Made by a program: the position numbers and the translations under genes
Source: Tildeniella torsiva UHER 1998/13D
GTDB taxonomy: Bacteria; Cyanobacteriota; Cyanobacteriia; Phormidesmidales; Phormidesmidaceae
Length of the DNA stretch: 64,000 nucleotides
Direction of reading: 5' to 3'
Assembly (NCBI GenBank): GCA_019358835.1
Contig: JAHHIH010000006.1
Location: 158,813 to 222,812 of the forward strand
Part shown: positions 35,827 to 45,855 of the stretch, one piece after another
Position numbering within the stretch: position 1 is the first letter of the stretch
How the letters are laid out: every line of letters begins with the position of its first letter
Notes under the pieces: model-generated
What the model saw: the letters and a program-made list of their open reading frames with translations, nothing else
Told to the model about the DNA's origin: nothing
The model's database searches: none

Positions 35827-37161
35827 CTATTTTTGCGCCGTAGCCAGGGCACTTGCCGATTCGCCTTCAGCCGCCCCAGCGGGTTCTGGCACGCGCAGCA
35901 TGAGTAGAGCCGCCAGCCCCAGAAAAATGCCCCCCAGCGCCAGTGCCCAAAGGCGATTGTCTTGCAGCAGGGTCTTCATCACCCAGCCAAACCCGAGGGA
36001 CATGGCAATTTGAGGCAGGGTAATAAAGCCATTGAAAATTCCCATGTAGACGCCGCTCTGGCCCTCCGCCAGGTCATCCATCAGCAGCGAGTAGGGGATA
36101 GCTAAGATACTGGCCCAGGCGATGCCCAGCCCAACCATCGAGAGCAGCACCGGGTAGCGGCTGTGCACCAGCAGCAGCGACAGCAGGCCCACTGAGCCCG
36201 CCATCAGGCAGCAGGCATGCACCGTCACCCGGCCCCAGCGCTGGCTCAGAGAGGGAATGGCCCAGGAGACCCCGAGGCAGACCAGGTTGTAGAAGGCTGT
36301 GCAGAGACCCGCCCACTCCACGCCGTGGGCATAGCTAGTTAGGGAGCGATCGGGGGTGGCCAAAACATTGAGGGCGATCGCATTGGGTAGATACACAAAA
36401 ATGCAGTAGATGCCAGCCCAGCTCAGGGCCTGCACCACCGCTAATTGCCGCATCATCGGGGGCAGATCCGTTACCGCCTGGGCGATCGCCGCTAGCATTG
36501 GCAGGCGATCGCCCGCTGGTTCTTGAGGGAGATCCATCACCTCGTGGGTCGGTTCCTCCACGGCCCAAAAAGTGGCCAGGGTGCCGACCAAACAAAACGC
36601 TGCCCCCACCCAGTAAGCCCCGCGAATCACCGCTGGAATACCTCCGGAGGAACCCGGTTCTAGCTGAAACACATGCTCTAAGACCCAGGGCAACCCCGCC
36701 GCGCAGATGGTGCCGAGGCCAATGCAAAACCCCTGGAGCGAGTAGCCCAGGGTGCGATGGGCCGGAGACAGCAAATCGCCCACGAAGGGGCGACTGGGAG
36801 CAACGCTGACGTTGAGGGCGAGCTGTAGCACCCAGTACAGAGCAACCGCCTGCACCAAACTGGTGGCCATAGGCATCGCCAGCAGCATCGCCGCCCCGAT
36901 CACCGCCCCGCCCAGAAAGTAGGGCTGCCGCTTGCCCCAGCGGCTGACGGTGCGATCGCTCAGTTCCCCTACAATCGGCTGGGCCAACAGCCCCATCAGC
37001 GGTGCCCCCAGCCACAGCAGGGGTAGCTGGCTGGCCTCAGCCCCCAAGCTTTCAAACACAGCACTGGCGTGGGCCGTCTGTAGGCCGTTGCCAATCTGCA
37101 CCCCCCAAAAGCCCAGATTCATCGTGACGAGCAGACGCAGACTCGGGGGCTCAAGATCCAT
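35827..37161 (-). CDS. MFS transporter, GPH/sucrose-symporter-like
   Basis: 12 TM helices. Loop 2-3 motif ...GELSDRTVSRWGKRQPY..., typical of glycoside-pentoside-hexuronide/SLC45-like carriers. Confidence 0.75.
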   Translation of the reverse strand: MDLEPPSLRLLVTMNLGFWGVQIGNGLQTAHASAVFESLGAEASQLPLLWLGAPLMGLLAQPIVGELSDRTVSRWGKRQPYFLGGAVIGAAMLLAMPMATSLVQAVALYWVLQLALNVSVAPSRPFVGDLLSPAHRTLGYSLQGFCIGLGTICAAGLPWVLEHVFQLEPGSSGGIPAVIRGAYWVGAAFCLVGTLATFWAVEEPTHEVMDLPQEPAGDRLPMLAAIAQAVTDLPPMMRQLAVVQALSWAGIYCIFVYLPNAIALNVLATPDRSLTSYAHGVEWAGLCTAFYNLVCLGVSWAIPSLSQRWGRVTVHACCLMAGSVGLLSLLLVHSRYPVLLSMVGLGIAWASILAIPYSLLMDDLAEGQSGVYMGIFNGFITLPQIAMSLGFGWVMKTLLQDNRLWALALGGIFLGLAALLMLRVPEPAGAAEGESASALATAQK

Positions 37162-37257
37162 GGCGATCGCGTGATAGTAGGAGCTAAATCTCGTTTATCT
37201 TGCTTGGGTGAAACACCGCTGGCATCCTTCACAGGAGGCATTTTGCCTCGGAGCCAG

Positions 37258-38061
37258 CTACAGCCCCACACCCGCCACCGAACCGCCATCGACCCGATAG
37301 TTGGCCCCCACCACAAAGCTCGACTGCTGCGAGCAGAGGAATGCGATGACTGCTGCTACCTCTTCAGCTTTGCCCCGACGCTTGAGTTCCAAATGGGGCC
37401 GCTCTTCATCGAGAAACGTGGCGATCGCCTGGTCAACGGTAGTGCCCATTTTTTCGGCCCGCTGCTCCATCATGGCGTCAGTCATTGGGGTGGCAATAAA
37501 AGCTGGGGCCACAGAGTTTACCAGCACGCCATCCTGGGCATAGGCCTTAGACAAATTCTTGGCGAAGTTCAACACCCCAGCTTTAGAAGCGCAGTAGGGC
37601 ATTTCGTCAATGTAGGGCTGCACCGCATCTTCCGAGGCCACCAGCACCACCCTCCCCCAGCCTGCCTCACGCATCGCCGGAATAAACGTACGGCACACTC
37701 GCACAGCCCCCATCAGGTTGATGTCGAGGGCCTGCTGCCAATCGTCGTCGCCAATCTCTAAAAAGTCGCCGGTAGCCCCGGTAATGCCTGCACAGTTAAC
37801 CAAAATATCGACCTGGCCAAACCGACTTACAATTTCCTCCTGGGCGGCTTTGACATCGGCTAAGCTGCGCAGATCGGCCTGAACTGCCAGGGCTTCACCG
37901 ATGGCGCTAACTTCGTCTACCGTGCCCTGTAGCTGCGTCGTCGTCTTATCAACCAGGGCAACTTTTACCCCTTCATCGGCCAACAACTTGGCGGTGGCGC
38001 GGCCAATTCCAGAATCGCCGCCGGTAATTACAGCCACCTTATCTTTAATACCAAGTTCCAT
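37258..38061 (-). CDS. SDR-family oxidoreductase
   Basis: TGGDSGIGRA cofactor motif, NCAG, and catalytic YCASKAG. Confidence 0.88.
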   Translation of the reverse strand: MELGIKDKVAVITGGDSGIGRATAKLLADEGVKVALVDKTTTQLQGTVDEVSAIGEALAVQADLRSLADVKAAQEEIVSRFGQVDILVNCAGITGATGDFLEIGDDDWQQALDINLMGAVRVCRTFIPAMREAGWGRVVLVASEDAVQPYIDEMPYCASKAGVLNFAKNLSKAYAQDGVLVNSVAPAFIATPMTDAMMEQRAEKMGTTVDQAIATFLDEERPHLELKRRGKAEEVAAVIAFLCSQQSSFVVGANYRVDGGSVAGVGL

Positions 38062-38245
38062 TAAAAAAATCTCCCTAGTCTGCTCTCGATGATCTGTCTG
38101 AGTTTTACATTTTTTAACTAAACAGCCCCATCTACCGATTAATAGAATTCAGGCTTTTGTCCAGCACAACTTGCGACATAGAAATCCAAGGTTTTGACCA
38201 TTTTTAGTGCTCACCAAAGCCAATCTATTTTTAGGTCAACAATCA

Positions 38246-38277
38246 TAAAAAAGAGGGAGCAGGTCTATTGCTCCCTC
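38246..38277 (-). terminator. Rho-independent terminator of csbD-like gene (GAGGGAGC-loop-GCTCCCTC plus T6 on the minus strand)
   Basis: Read directly, 43 nt downstream of the stop at 38320. Confidence 0.8.
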
Positions 38278-38319
38278 GATCAGCGTTCTACAGAAATTGT
38301 CAGCTATAACAGTCAAATA

Positions 38320-38502
38320 TTAGTCAATAGCTTTTTTGACTTGATCTTTGACATCTTCTTTGGCGTGCTGGGCTTTAGCTTCGCCTTGTTTGGCTTTGCC
38401 CTTCATTTCATCGGAGGTATTGCCCGTCACCTTACCAGCAACTTCCTGCGCTTTACCCTCGACGTTCTTGCCAGTGGCTTCGGCTCTATCTTGAATACCC
38501 AT
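38320..38502 (-). CDS. CsbD-family stress-response protein
   Basis: ...ATGKNVEGKAQEVAGKVTGNTSDEMKGKAKQ..., a repeated CsbD-like Lys/Gly pattern, 60 aa. Confidence 0.8.
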   Translation of the reverse strand: MGIQDRAEATGKNVEGKAQEVAGKVTGNTSDEMKGKAKQGEAKAQHAKEDVKDQVKKAID

Positions 38503-39091
38503 GGGTTATTCTCTCCGTATCGTTTAATTCTCCTTCAGTCTAGGAATAGGGCGCGCAGGCACCATCCACCAAGAGGAACAGTTTGAACTGACAGGGGTCT
38601 AACACCGTTACAGCAGAGGTTGAGGCCGACGGAGAGCCCCTAGCCATAGACGGAAGCTGTTGCCTACGGCGCTCTGGGGCCAAAATTATTGAAAGGGCGA
38701 GGGTTCGATCGCCCCCCCCTAGCAGCGTCCCCACCCGAAGCTGCGCCCCCAGGTTTACAGAATTATCTCCCCAAAGAATTAGGCAGTGGGATAGATGCTT
38801 TATTGAGACTAATAGAGTTTCATATAGGCCTAGAGGCTGTACTGATCGTCCTGAGATATCTAGAGTTGCGACTCAGATTTTTTCGTTAATTTTAAGTCTA
38901 TTTTGTGGGGTGTCAGCCTGACACGGTTCCCTAGATTTTACTTCCTAGAGTATCAGAACTGCGTCAAGCTCATCCCCACCTGTAGTCTTTGGCAAAGTCA
39001 GACTAAATTCTCAGTATCCCCATCAACCATTGCTAGGAATGGGCAGATCAAGCGGCATCGAGACAGTTGCAATTCTCAAAGGAACAGTATC

Positions 39092-42000
39092 GTGATTGAG
39101 CAGATTGGATTGAGCATAGCAAGCGGCCTTCTGGCCCAGGTAGCGTCTCCAGAAGTTACCACCCCGATTACCACCTCTGAGGATGCTGCCCTCATTTTTT
39201 CTGGGCCTCAGTTTTTTATCGCCCTGCTTTCGGGGATAATTTTGGCCTTTGGCTTTCATCTTTTGCTGACGAATCTGTCAGTCGCGGCAGGCCTTACCTA
39301 CGCTGGCAAATCCTCATCGAGTAGCGGCAGCGGCTCTGGTAGCAGCGGCGGCAAAACAATCGGTTTCGCTTTCGGCGCTTGGACGTTGGTAACGGTTAGC
39401 TTGGCGCTTTTCTGTGCCTGCTTTTTGGCCGTCAAGCTCAGCCTGTACAGCAGCGCCATGCTAGGGGCAATTACTGGCCTGGTAGTGTGGGGTTTTTACT
39501 TTTGCCTGTTGTTTTGGTTCAGCTCCACCACCGTGGGGTCGCTGATTGGGTCGATAGTTAAGACCGCCACCTCTAGTTTTCAGTCGCTGATGGGGGCCGC
39601 TACCGGGGCCATGGGGGCCAAAATGGCCAGCAACCAGCTGATTGAGACCGCTGAAGCCACCGCCGCCGCCGTGCGCCGCGAACTCACCGCCGGTTGGTCA
39701 GGCAAAGATATTAAAGACACTCTGCAAGAGTACGTTACCTCGCTCGCCTCTCCTTCTTTAGATATCGAAGGGCTAGAGGCCGAGTTTGAGCGCCTGCTGC
39801 GCGACTCTGACCTGTCTTCCATCGCCGATCGCGACACCCTGGCCCAGCTCAACCGCGACAGCTTTGAGAAACTGGTCAGCAGCCGCACCGACCTCTCCCG
39901 AAAAGAGGCCAGCCGCATCGCCGATCGCCTCTATGGCACCTGGAGCAAGGCTCTGGGCAAAGCCTCCGGCGGCGACAGCCTGGGTGAACTGGTCAACTAT
40001 CTCAAGTCTGCCCACCCCGAAGAGCTGCTGGCCGAGTCGTTGGGTGGCCGTCTAGACGAGTTTCTGGCCGAATTTCGTCAGCAGCGCAAAGGTAAAGAGC
40101 CTAGCCTGCTCAACCAGGGGCTAAGTACTCTGATGGGGGTGGTGATGGGTCGCGCTGACCTGTCTGATTTAGATGTGGAGAAGATTGCCGATCGCTTCAA
40201 GCAGCTCAAGCAAGATATGGGCAGCCAGGTGGATACCCTGACCAGCCAGGTGAGTGGCAGCGATCGCTACAGTGTCGTTAGAGCCGACGTTGAGTCCTAT
40301 CTGCTCAATTCTTACCCCTGGCAGCTCAACACCCAGCGCATGCAGAAGGAATTTTGGGACGTGATCTACGACCCCTTCGCCGATCCCGGTCTCATGCGCC
40401 AAGAGCTGATGAATCTGGATCGATCCTTCTTTGCGGAGCTTTTAGCCTCGCGGGGGCTGCTGACCCAGGGCGAAATTTCTGAGGTCTCGCGCCAGCTCGA
40501 AGCGGTGCGCACCCAAGCCCTGGGCGAAGTCTCAGAGCGCTACCGCCTCGAAGCCGCCAAGGATACCCAGGCCAAGGTCTACACCTTCCTGCGCCAAACC
40601 CCTCGCGAAGAGCTGCTGTCTGACATGGGCACCCGTGCCTTTCGCAGTCTGCTAGAAGATCCCTACGCCGATGCGGATGATCTGCAAGAGCGCTTTACCC
40701 CCTTTGGCTACGACGCCTTTGCCCAAACCCTCAGCACCCGTGAGGACATGCCCGAGGCCGATATCCAGACCGTGGCCAACCGCCTAGAAGGCGTTATGAA
40801 CACCGTGCAGGCCGATGCCGCCGGGCTGCAATCCTCCGCTAAGGCGCGGGTTGAGAACCAGTGGCTGGGGCTACAGCACTACCTGCAAAACACCCACAAA
40901 GCTGAGCTAAACCCCGAGGGCATTAAGGCCGACATCGCCACCCTGCTCAACGAGCCCGACGCCGGGGTACATCGCCTGCGCCAGCGCCTATCCCAGTTCG
41001 ATCGCGACACCCTGGTGCAGCTGCTCAACCAGCGCCAAGATCTCTCCGAGGCTGAGATCAATCGCACCCTCGACCAGGTGGAGTCAACCTGGTACAAGAC
41101 CGTCAATGCGCCTGCCGCGCTGACCGCCCAGGCCAAAGCCAAGTACGACGAAGCCACCAGCGCCATTGAGCGCTACCTGCTCGAAACCGGCAAGCCCGAG
41201 CTGAACCCCGAGGGCATTAAGCGCGATCTAGAGCTGCTGGTGAACGAGCCCAAGGCAGGGTTAGGAGCGGTTCGCGATCGCCTATCCGCCATGGATCGCG
41301 ATACCCTGGTGCAGTTGCTCAGCCAGCGCGACGACCTCAGCGAAGCCGAAGCCAACAAGGTTGTTGACGACGTGCTGGGCACGATTCGCGACATTCTGCA
41401 CATGCCCCAGCGGCTGGCCCGGCGGGCTCAGGCCCAGGTCGTCTCCTTTGAGACCGCCCTGGAAGACTACCTGCGCAACACCGACAAAGCCGCCCTCAAC
41501 CCTGACGGCATCAAGCGCGATCTCAAGCTGCTGCTCAACGACCCTCGCCTAGGGGCCGAGCGCCTGCAAACTCGACTATCGAGAATCGACCGCGATACCG
41601 TTGTGGCCCTGCTGGCCCAGCGCCCCGACATGACCCAGGCCGAAGCCGAAGCTGCTGTCGATCAGGTGCTCTCGGTACGCGACCAGGTCGTAACGCAGAT
41701 TCGCAATGTGCAGGCGCGGGTTAAGTCGGTTGTGGGCGGCATTTTGTCCCGAGTTCGCACCTACCTCGACTCCCTGGGTCGCCCCGAACTCAACTACTAC
41801 GGCATTCGCCGCGACTTGCAGCAGCTGATGGATGACCCCCAGGCGGGCTTCGATTCGCTCAAGGTGCGCCTCGGCCAGGTCGATCGCGGTACGCTAGTGG
41901 CGCTGATGAGCTCCGTTGATGCGATTTCAGAAACCGATGCCAACCGCATCATCGACCAGATCGAAGATGTTCGCACCGGAGCCCTGAGCAAAGCTGAGCA

Positions 42001-42169
42001 GCTCGAACATGCGGTCGAAAGCCGCTTGGCCGAGATCAAGCACCAGGCTTACCAGCAGGTGGAAGACACCCGCAAAACCGCCGCCGCCGCCGCCTGGTGG
42101 ATCTTCGCTACCGCCACGATTTCGGCAATTAGTGCCGCTGCCGCTGGCAGCCTAGCCGTCGTGAGCTAA
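39092..42169 (+). CDS. Large membrane protein: N-terminal 3-4 TM module, eight ~98-aa alpha-helical repeats, C-terminal TM anchor
   Basis: Repeat consensus YL.NT.K.ELNPEGIKRDL..LLN.P..G...LR.RLS..DRDTLV.LL.QR.DLSEAEA...VD.V; the last four copies are clear even at DNA level. A GTG at 39092 after AGGA is preferred; the track ORF starts at a TTG at 38903. Confidence 0.7.
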   Translation: MIEQIGLSIASGLLAQVASPEVTTPITTSEDAALIFSGPQFFIALLSGIILAFGFHLLLTNLSVAAGLTYAGKSSSSSGSGSGSSGGKTIGFAFGAWTLVTVSLALFCACFLAVKLSLYSSAMLGAITGLVVWGFYFCLLFWFSSTTVGSLIGSIVKTATSSFQSLMGAATGAMGAKMASNQLIETAEATAAAVRRELTAGWSGKDIKDTLQEYVTSLASPSLDIEGLEAEFERLLRDSDLSSIADRDTLAQLNRDSFEKLVSSRTDLSRKEASRIADRLYGTWSKALGKASGGDSLGELVNYLKSAHPEELLAESLGGRLDEFLAEFRQQRKGKEPSLLNQGLSTLMGVVMGRADLSDLDVEKIADRFKQLKQDMGSQVDTLTSQVSGSDRYSVVRADVESYLLNSYPWQLNTQRMQKEFWDVIYDPFADPGLMRQELMNLDRSFFAELLASRGLLTQGEISEVSRQLEAVRTQALGEVSERYRLEAAKDTQAKVYTFLRQTPREELLSDMGTRAFRSLLEDPYADADDLQERFTPFGYDAFAQTLSTREDMPEADIQTVANRLEGVMNTVQADAAGLQSSAKARVENQWLGLQHYLQNTHKAELNPEGIKADIATLLNEPDAGVHRLRQRLSQFDRDTLVQLLNQRQDLSEAEINRTLDQVESTWYKTVNAPAALTAQAKAKYDEATSAIERYLLETGKPELNPEGIKRDLELLVNEPKAGLGAVRDRLSAMDRDTLVQLLSQRDDLSEAEANKVVDDVLGTIRDILHMPQRLARRAQAQVVSFETALEDYLRNTDKAALNPDGIKRDLKLLLNDPRLGAERLQTRLSRIDRDTVVALLAQRPDMTQAEAEAAVDQVLSVRDQVVTQIRNVQARVKSVVGGILSRVRTYLDSLGRPELNYYGIRRDLQQLMDDPQAGFDSLKVRLGQVDRGTLVALMSSVDAISETDANRIIDQIEDVRTGALSKAEQLEHAVESRLAEIKHQAYQQVEDTRKTAAAAAWWIFATATISAISAAAAGSLAVVS

Positions 42170-42190
42170 GCCCAGTAAAACGATTAGTGA

Positions 42191-42229
42191 AAGGGCGATC
42201 GCGTTGGTAGCGCGATCGCCCTTTTTATT
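42191..42229 (+). terminator. Rho-independent terminator (AAGGGCGATCGCG-loop-CGCGATCGCCCTT plus T-run)
   Basis: Read directly, 22 nt after the stop of the large repeat protein. Confidence 0.85.
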
Positions 42230-42736
42230 GCCTCAGTTCCTCTGAACCACCTTTACGGGACTGACCTTGTTAAATTACGCAGCCGCTCTATTCAACCTGC
42301 GAAATATCAGGGCTTTTAGCCAATACATCTGCGGAAAACTGTGGGGCGATCGCAGGTCATCTACCTGCTCCAATTTGAGCTTTCCACCCCTCAGGCAATA
42401 TTACGATTGGACTCGCAAGCAAATAAGATATCAGTCACCACAGCTTCTCGTTAGCAAGGCCTTCCTTTAGCATTACTTACTATTGATTAGCAAGTCTGGT
42501 ACATTGTCAATCACATCCCTAAGCCAGTCTCTACTTATCTGCAAGTCATGGCGCTACTCAAAACAAAAAAGGTAGCCGTCTCCTTCAACTTCAACTTCAA
42601 CTTCACTTGGGGGACGACTTGGATAAGTTTTGGCTTTCTCCCTTTGGGAGGCGATCCACGAAGGGTGCATCCCACTTTTGTAACCCTCCACGGACGGCTT
42701 CACTCAGCCAGCACATTTCTATGGACGCTTACCAAG

Positions 42737-42770
42737 AAAGGAGCCCCTAGCGATTGCCAGGGGCTCCTTT
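42737..42770. terminator. 12-bp hairpin (AAAGGAGCCCCT / AGGGGCTCCTTT) with T-rich flanks on both strands; glgC terminator
   Basis: Read directly, 33 nt downstream of the glgC stop (42803) on the minus strand. Confidence 0.75.
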
Positions 42771-42802
42771 CTTGAGCTAGGGAACTTATTAGCTAGCTCA
42801 GG

Positions 42803-44092
42803 CTAAATAATCGTATCGTCAGGAATTGAGGCCCCTCGCAGAACGACAACAATGCCGCTGCGAATATAGAACCCATCCTCTTCTCGATCAGCCTCTTCAA
42901 CGCGGTCTTTATTGAGAATTTTCACATTGCAGCCAATGCGGGCATTCTTATCGACAATAGCGTGCTGGATGGTGGTGTTTGCACCTATGCCGAGGGGAAT
43001 TTTGGCTGTGTCACAGCTGCCGCGCCGCTCAATATTAGCCTGGTAGTAATCGGCTCCCATAATTAGGCTGTCTTCAATAGTGCAGCCCGATTCGATGCGA
43101 GAGCGAATGCCGATGACAGAATTAGTAATGCGGCACTCTTTAAGAATGCAGCCCTCGCTAATCATCGACTCGGTGACCTCGCACTTGAGGTGCTTAGTGG
43201 GCGGTAGATAGCGAGCACGGGTGTAGATAGGGGCTGATTCATCGTAAAAGCTAAACAGCGGATTAGGCTGTTTGACCAGGGCCAAATTGGCGTTAAAAAA
43301 TGATTCAATCGTACCAATGTCTTCCCAATAATCGTTAAAGAGATAGGCCTGCACGTTATGGTCTTTGGCCGATTTTGGAATAATCTCTTTACCAAAATCT
43401 GGAGATTCAGGCTGTTGCTTAAGCAGATCAATCAACACATCCCGCTTAAACAAATAGATGCCCATAGAGGCAATGTAGGGTTTCTCTTTGGCCTCCTCTG
43501 CCGAGAGACCCAGGGTGGTGGTGTCAACCTGCATCTGCTTGAGAGCATCACCTTTAGGCTTTTCGCTAAAATCGATGATGCGCCCCGAATCGTCAATTTT
43601 CATCAGCCCAAAGCTGGAGGCGCGATCGTGATCAACCGGTAGCACCGACAGGGTAATGTCAGCATTGGTGCGCCGATGATGTTCTACAAAATCACTGTAG
43701 TCCATGCGATATAGGTGGTCGCCCGACAAGATTAAATACTCGTCTATATCCATGTCTTCAAAGCGCGGCAAATACTGTCGCACGGCATCGGCAGTACCCT
43801 GAAACCAGTCTAAGTTTTCGGGGGTTTGCTGGGCGGCTAGTATTTCCACAAAGCCCTGCTGAAAGCCTGAGAAACTGTAGGCCCTGGAAATATGGGAGTT
43901 TAGCGAGGCCGAGTTGAACTGCGTGAGTACGTAGATTTTTGAAATGCCTGAGTTGATGCAGTTGCTAATGGGAATATCAATCAGCCGGTGCTTACCGCCT
44001 AGGGGTACCGCTGGCTTGGCCCGAGTCTTAGTGAGGGGATAGAGGCGGGTTCCAGCGCCACCGCCCAACACAATACCTAATACTTTATTCAC
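42803..44092 (-). CDS. glgC: Glucose-1-phosphate adenylyltransferase GlgC
   Basis: [44 protein letters not shown]-terminal beta-helix. GTG start preceded by AAGGAG. Confidence 0.93.
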   Translation of the reverse strand: MNKVLGIVLGGGAGTRLYPLTKTRAKPAVPLGGKHRLIDIPISNCINSGISKIYVLTQFNSASLNSHISRAYSFSGFQQGFVEILAAQQTPENLDWFQGTADAVRQYLPRFEDMDIDEYLILSGDHLYRMDYSDFVEHHRRTNADITLSVLPVDHDRASSFGLMKIDDSGRIIDFSEKPKGDALKQMQVDTTTLGLSAEEAKEKPYIASMGIYLFKRDVLIDLLKQQPESPDFGKEIIPKSAKDHNVQAYLFNDYWEDIGTIESFFNANLALVKQPNPLFSFYDESAPIYTRARYLPPTKHLKCEVTESMISEGCILKECRITNSVIGIRSRIESGCTIEDSLIMGADYYQANIERRGSCDTAKIPLGIGANTTIQHAIVDKNARIGCNVKILNKDRVEEADREEDGFYIRSGIVVVLRGASIPDDTII

Positions 44093-44480
44093 AACGTCTC
44101 CTTAAATCACGCGCGATCGCCACAACAACTAACCGCTCAACTCAACCGCCAAAGGGCGATCGCCCCTTGGCAGCTTTTCCCAGGGTGGTGTATCACCCGG
44201 TAAAAGGCATACACCTAAGGGCAGAATTGCTGTGCATGAGCCGTTTGATTTTTGTAACTAACCAAGGGTTAGCCGCCAGTTTGGCAGAGATTTTTCTAGG
44301 CTGCTCACCACGACAAAGCCTAGTTCATTCGTTATAGGGCAATAAACAGGGCCATCACGATCTCCCTCTTTGGACATTTTTGTTTGCGTCTCTGTGTAGA
44401 TGGTCGTGTCTAGATAACGTCATAAATTGAGGCCAGATTAATCAACCTTAGGGTTGTTCTATTGAGAGGAAAGAGTACCT

Positions 44481-45155
44481 ATGTCTTACACCAATGAACC
44501 CGGTGCCTACCGAGAAGAGCCCGTCGGCTACGGCACCAATCCTGTCCAGCGTGTCGTAGAAACCACAACCCCCGTGGCTGTAGCGGGCTACCATGACCTG
44601 GTGCGCTGGGGGCCAATCTTTGCAGGGCTAGTTGTGGCGATCGCCGCCCAACTTGTCCTCACCGGACTGGGTGCCGCCATTGGCCTCACCAGCTTAGCTG
44701 GCTCCGATGCGGCCCAAAACAATGCTGGCGGCGTCGGTGCCGCTGTCGGTATTTGGTCAATCATCAGTCTGCTGATTGCTCTGTTTCTGGGGGGCTGGGT
44801 TACTGCCCGCGCCTGTGGCCCGATGAACCGCAAAACCGCCCTGCTCAACGGCGCTATTTTGTGGGCAACCACCCTGGCCGTTAGCGCCTGGCTGCTGTCT
44901 AGCGGCGTCGCCGGAGCCTTTGGGCTGGTCGCCCAGGGGGCCGATGCCGTGATTAACCAAGTGCCCGTCGATGCCCTGCCCAACGCGGCCCAAGATCCCA
45001 ACGTCACCTCAGAGCAAGCCCAAAACATCGCGGGCAATGCCGCCACCGTGGGTTGGTCATTTTCTCTGGGGTCGCTGCTGGGTCTAGTGGCTGCCCTGGG
45101 TGGAGCCGCCTCTGGGGCGCACAGCCCTCGCGCCTATGGCGTAGCTCCTCGCTAA
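44481..45155 (+). CDS. Gly/Ala-rich 4-TM membrane protein, paralogous to the N-terminal membrane module of the 39092-42169 protein
   Basis: By-eye alignment of TM1-TM3: IFAGLVVAIAAQLVLTGLGAAIGLT vs FFIALLSGIILAFGFHLLLTNLSVAAGLT, then a Gly/Ser-rich loop and two further matching helices. Confidence 0.55.
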   Translation: MSYTNEPGAYREEPVGYGTNPVQRVVETTTPVAVAGYHDLVRWGPIFAGLVVAIAAQLVLTGLGAAIGLTSLAGSDAAQNNAGGVGAAVGIWSIISLLIALFLGGWVTARACGPMNRKTALLNGAILWATTLAVSAWLLSSGVAGAFGLVAQGADAVINQVPVDALPNAAQDPNVTSEQAQNIAGNAATVGWSFSLGSLLGLVAALGGAASGAHSPRAYGVAPR

Positions 45156-45205
45156 CCCCACGACTCAGCACATCTCCGTTGTTATCAACACAGTGAACAT
45201 CGATT

Positions 45206-45231
45206 AGGTAGGCTTATGCCTACCTTTTTTA
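45206..45231 (+). terminator. Rho-independent terminator (AGGTAGGC-ttat-GCCTACCT plus T6)
   Basis: Read directly, 50 nt after the stop at 45155. Confidence 0.85.
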
Positions 45232-45320
45232 TGGCCCGATCTGTGCCTGAAGTTTGAGGTAGGTAGAATGGCTTATCCTTTAGACTAGCAATATTCATAT
45301 ACTTTATTAAATCCACCGCC

Positions 45321-45710
45321 GTGTGCACCCCCTCAGATTTTCGCATTCTCGTCGTAGACGACATAGAAGACAATTTGTTTTTGTTGAGAACGGTGTTAGA
45401 AACAGAAGGCTACGAAGTTGAGACCGCTGGCAACGGCGGCTCGGCTTTGGCTAAGGTCGAAGATGCCCCCCCCGACCTGATTTTGATGGATGTGATGATG
45501 CCGGATATGAACGGCTATGAAGTCACCCAAAAAATTCGGCAAAATCCAACTCTGCCGCTGATGCCAATCTTAATTGTTACGGCCTACGACACCCTTCAAT
45601 TTACCCAGGGTCTGGCCCTGGAACCCAGCAATTTTATTCGTAAACCTATTGAGTTTGATCAGTTGCTCACCAAGGTTGCCGCTCTGCTCAAGGACAGTCA
45701 TCGCAACTAG
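45321..45710 (+). CDS. Single-domain response regulator (CheY-like)
   Basis: ILVVDD...LILMDVMMPDMNG...PILIVTA...KP receiver motifs. GTG start. Confidence 0.85.
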   Translation: MCTPSDFRILVVDDIEDNLFLLRTVLETEGYEVETAGNGGSALAKVEDAPPDLILMDVMMPDMNGYEVTQKIRQNPTLPLMPILIVTAYDTLQFTQGLALEPSNFIRKPIEFDQLLTKVAALLKDSHRN

Positions 45711-45855
45711 GATTTTGCAGCCATTTCCCCTTAGTTAGAACAAGTGCATTAGGACAGGCGAAGACGGTACTCCTGGAGTGGCGATCGCGAGCCTGCCAGC
45801 TTTTGGCGTTAGATTCTATTTTATAGCCATAGCCAGTCTGGCCAGCGCTATGGGT

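Noticed and set aside
38194-38586. A 130-aa plus-strand ORF antisense to the csbD-like gene.
   Set aside because: The minus-strand 60-aa CsbD match and its canonical terminator explain the locus. The plus-strand ORF has no motif.
38903-39091. A TTG-initiated 63-codon extension of the giant repeat protein.
   Set aside because: The region is AT-rich with non-protein-like sequence and a palindrome (GTGTCAGCCTGACAC). The GTG at 39092 has an AGGA at a suitable distance and leads directly into the first TM helix. The exact start remains uncertain.
42548-42775. A 75-aa ORF with an FNFNFNF motif.
   Set aside because: The FNF repeat is the translation of a (TTCAAC)n hexamer repeat, and the ORF ends inside the glgC terminator hairpin. 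The region is treated as non-coding or a possible ncRNA instead.
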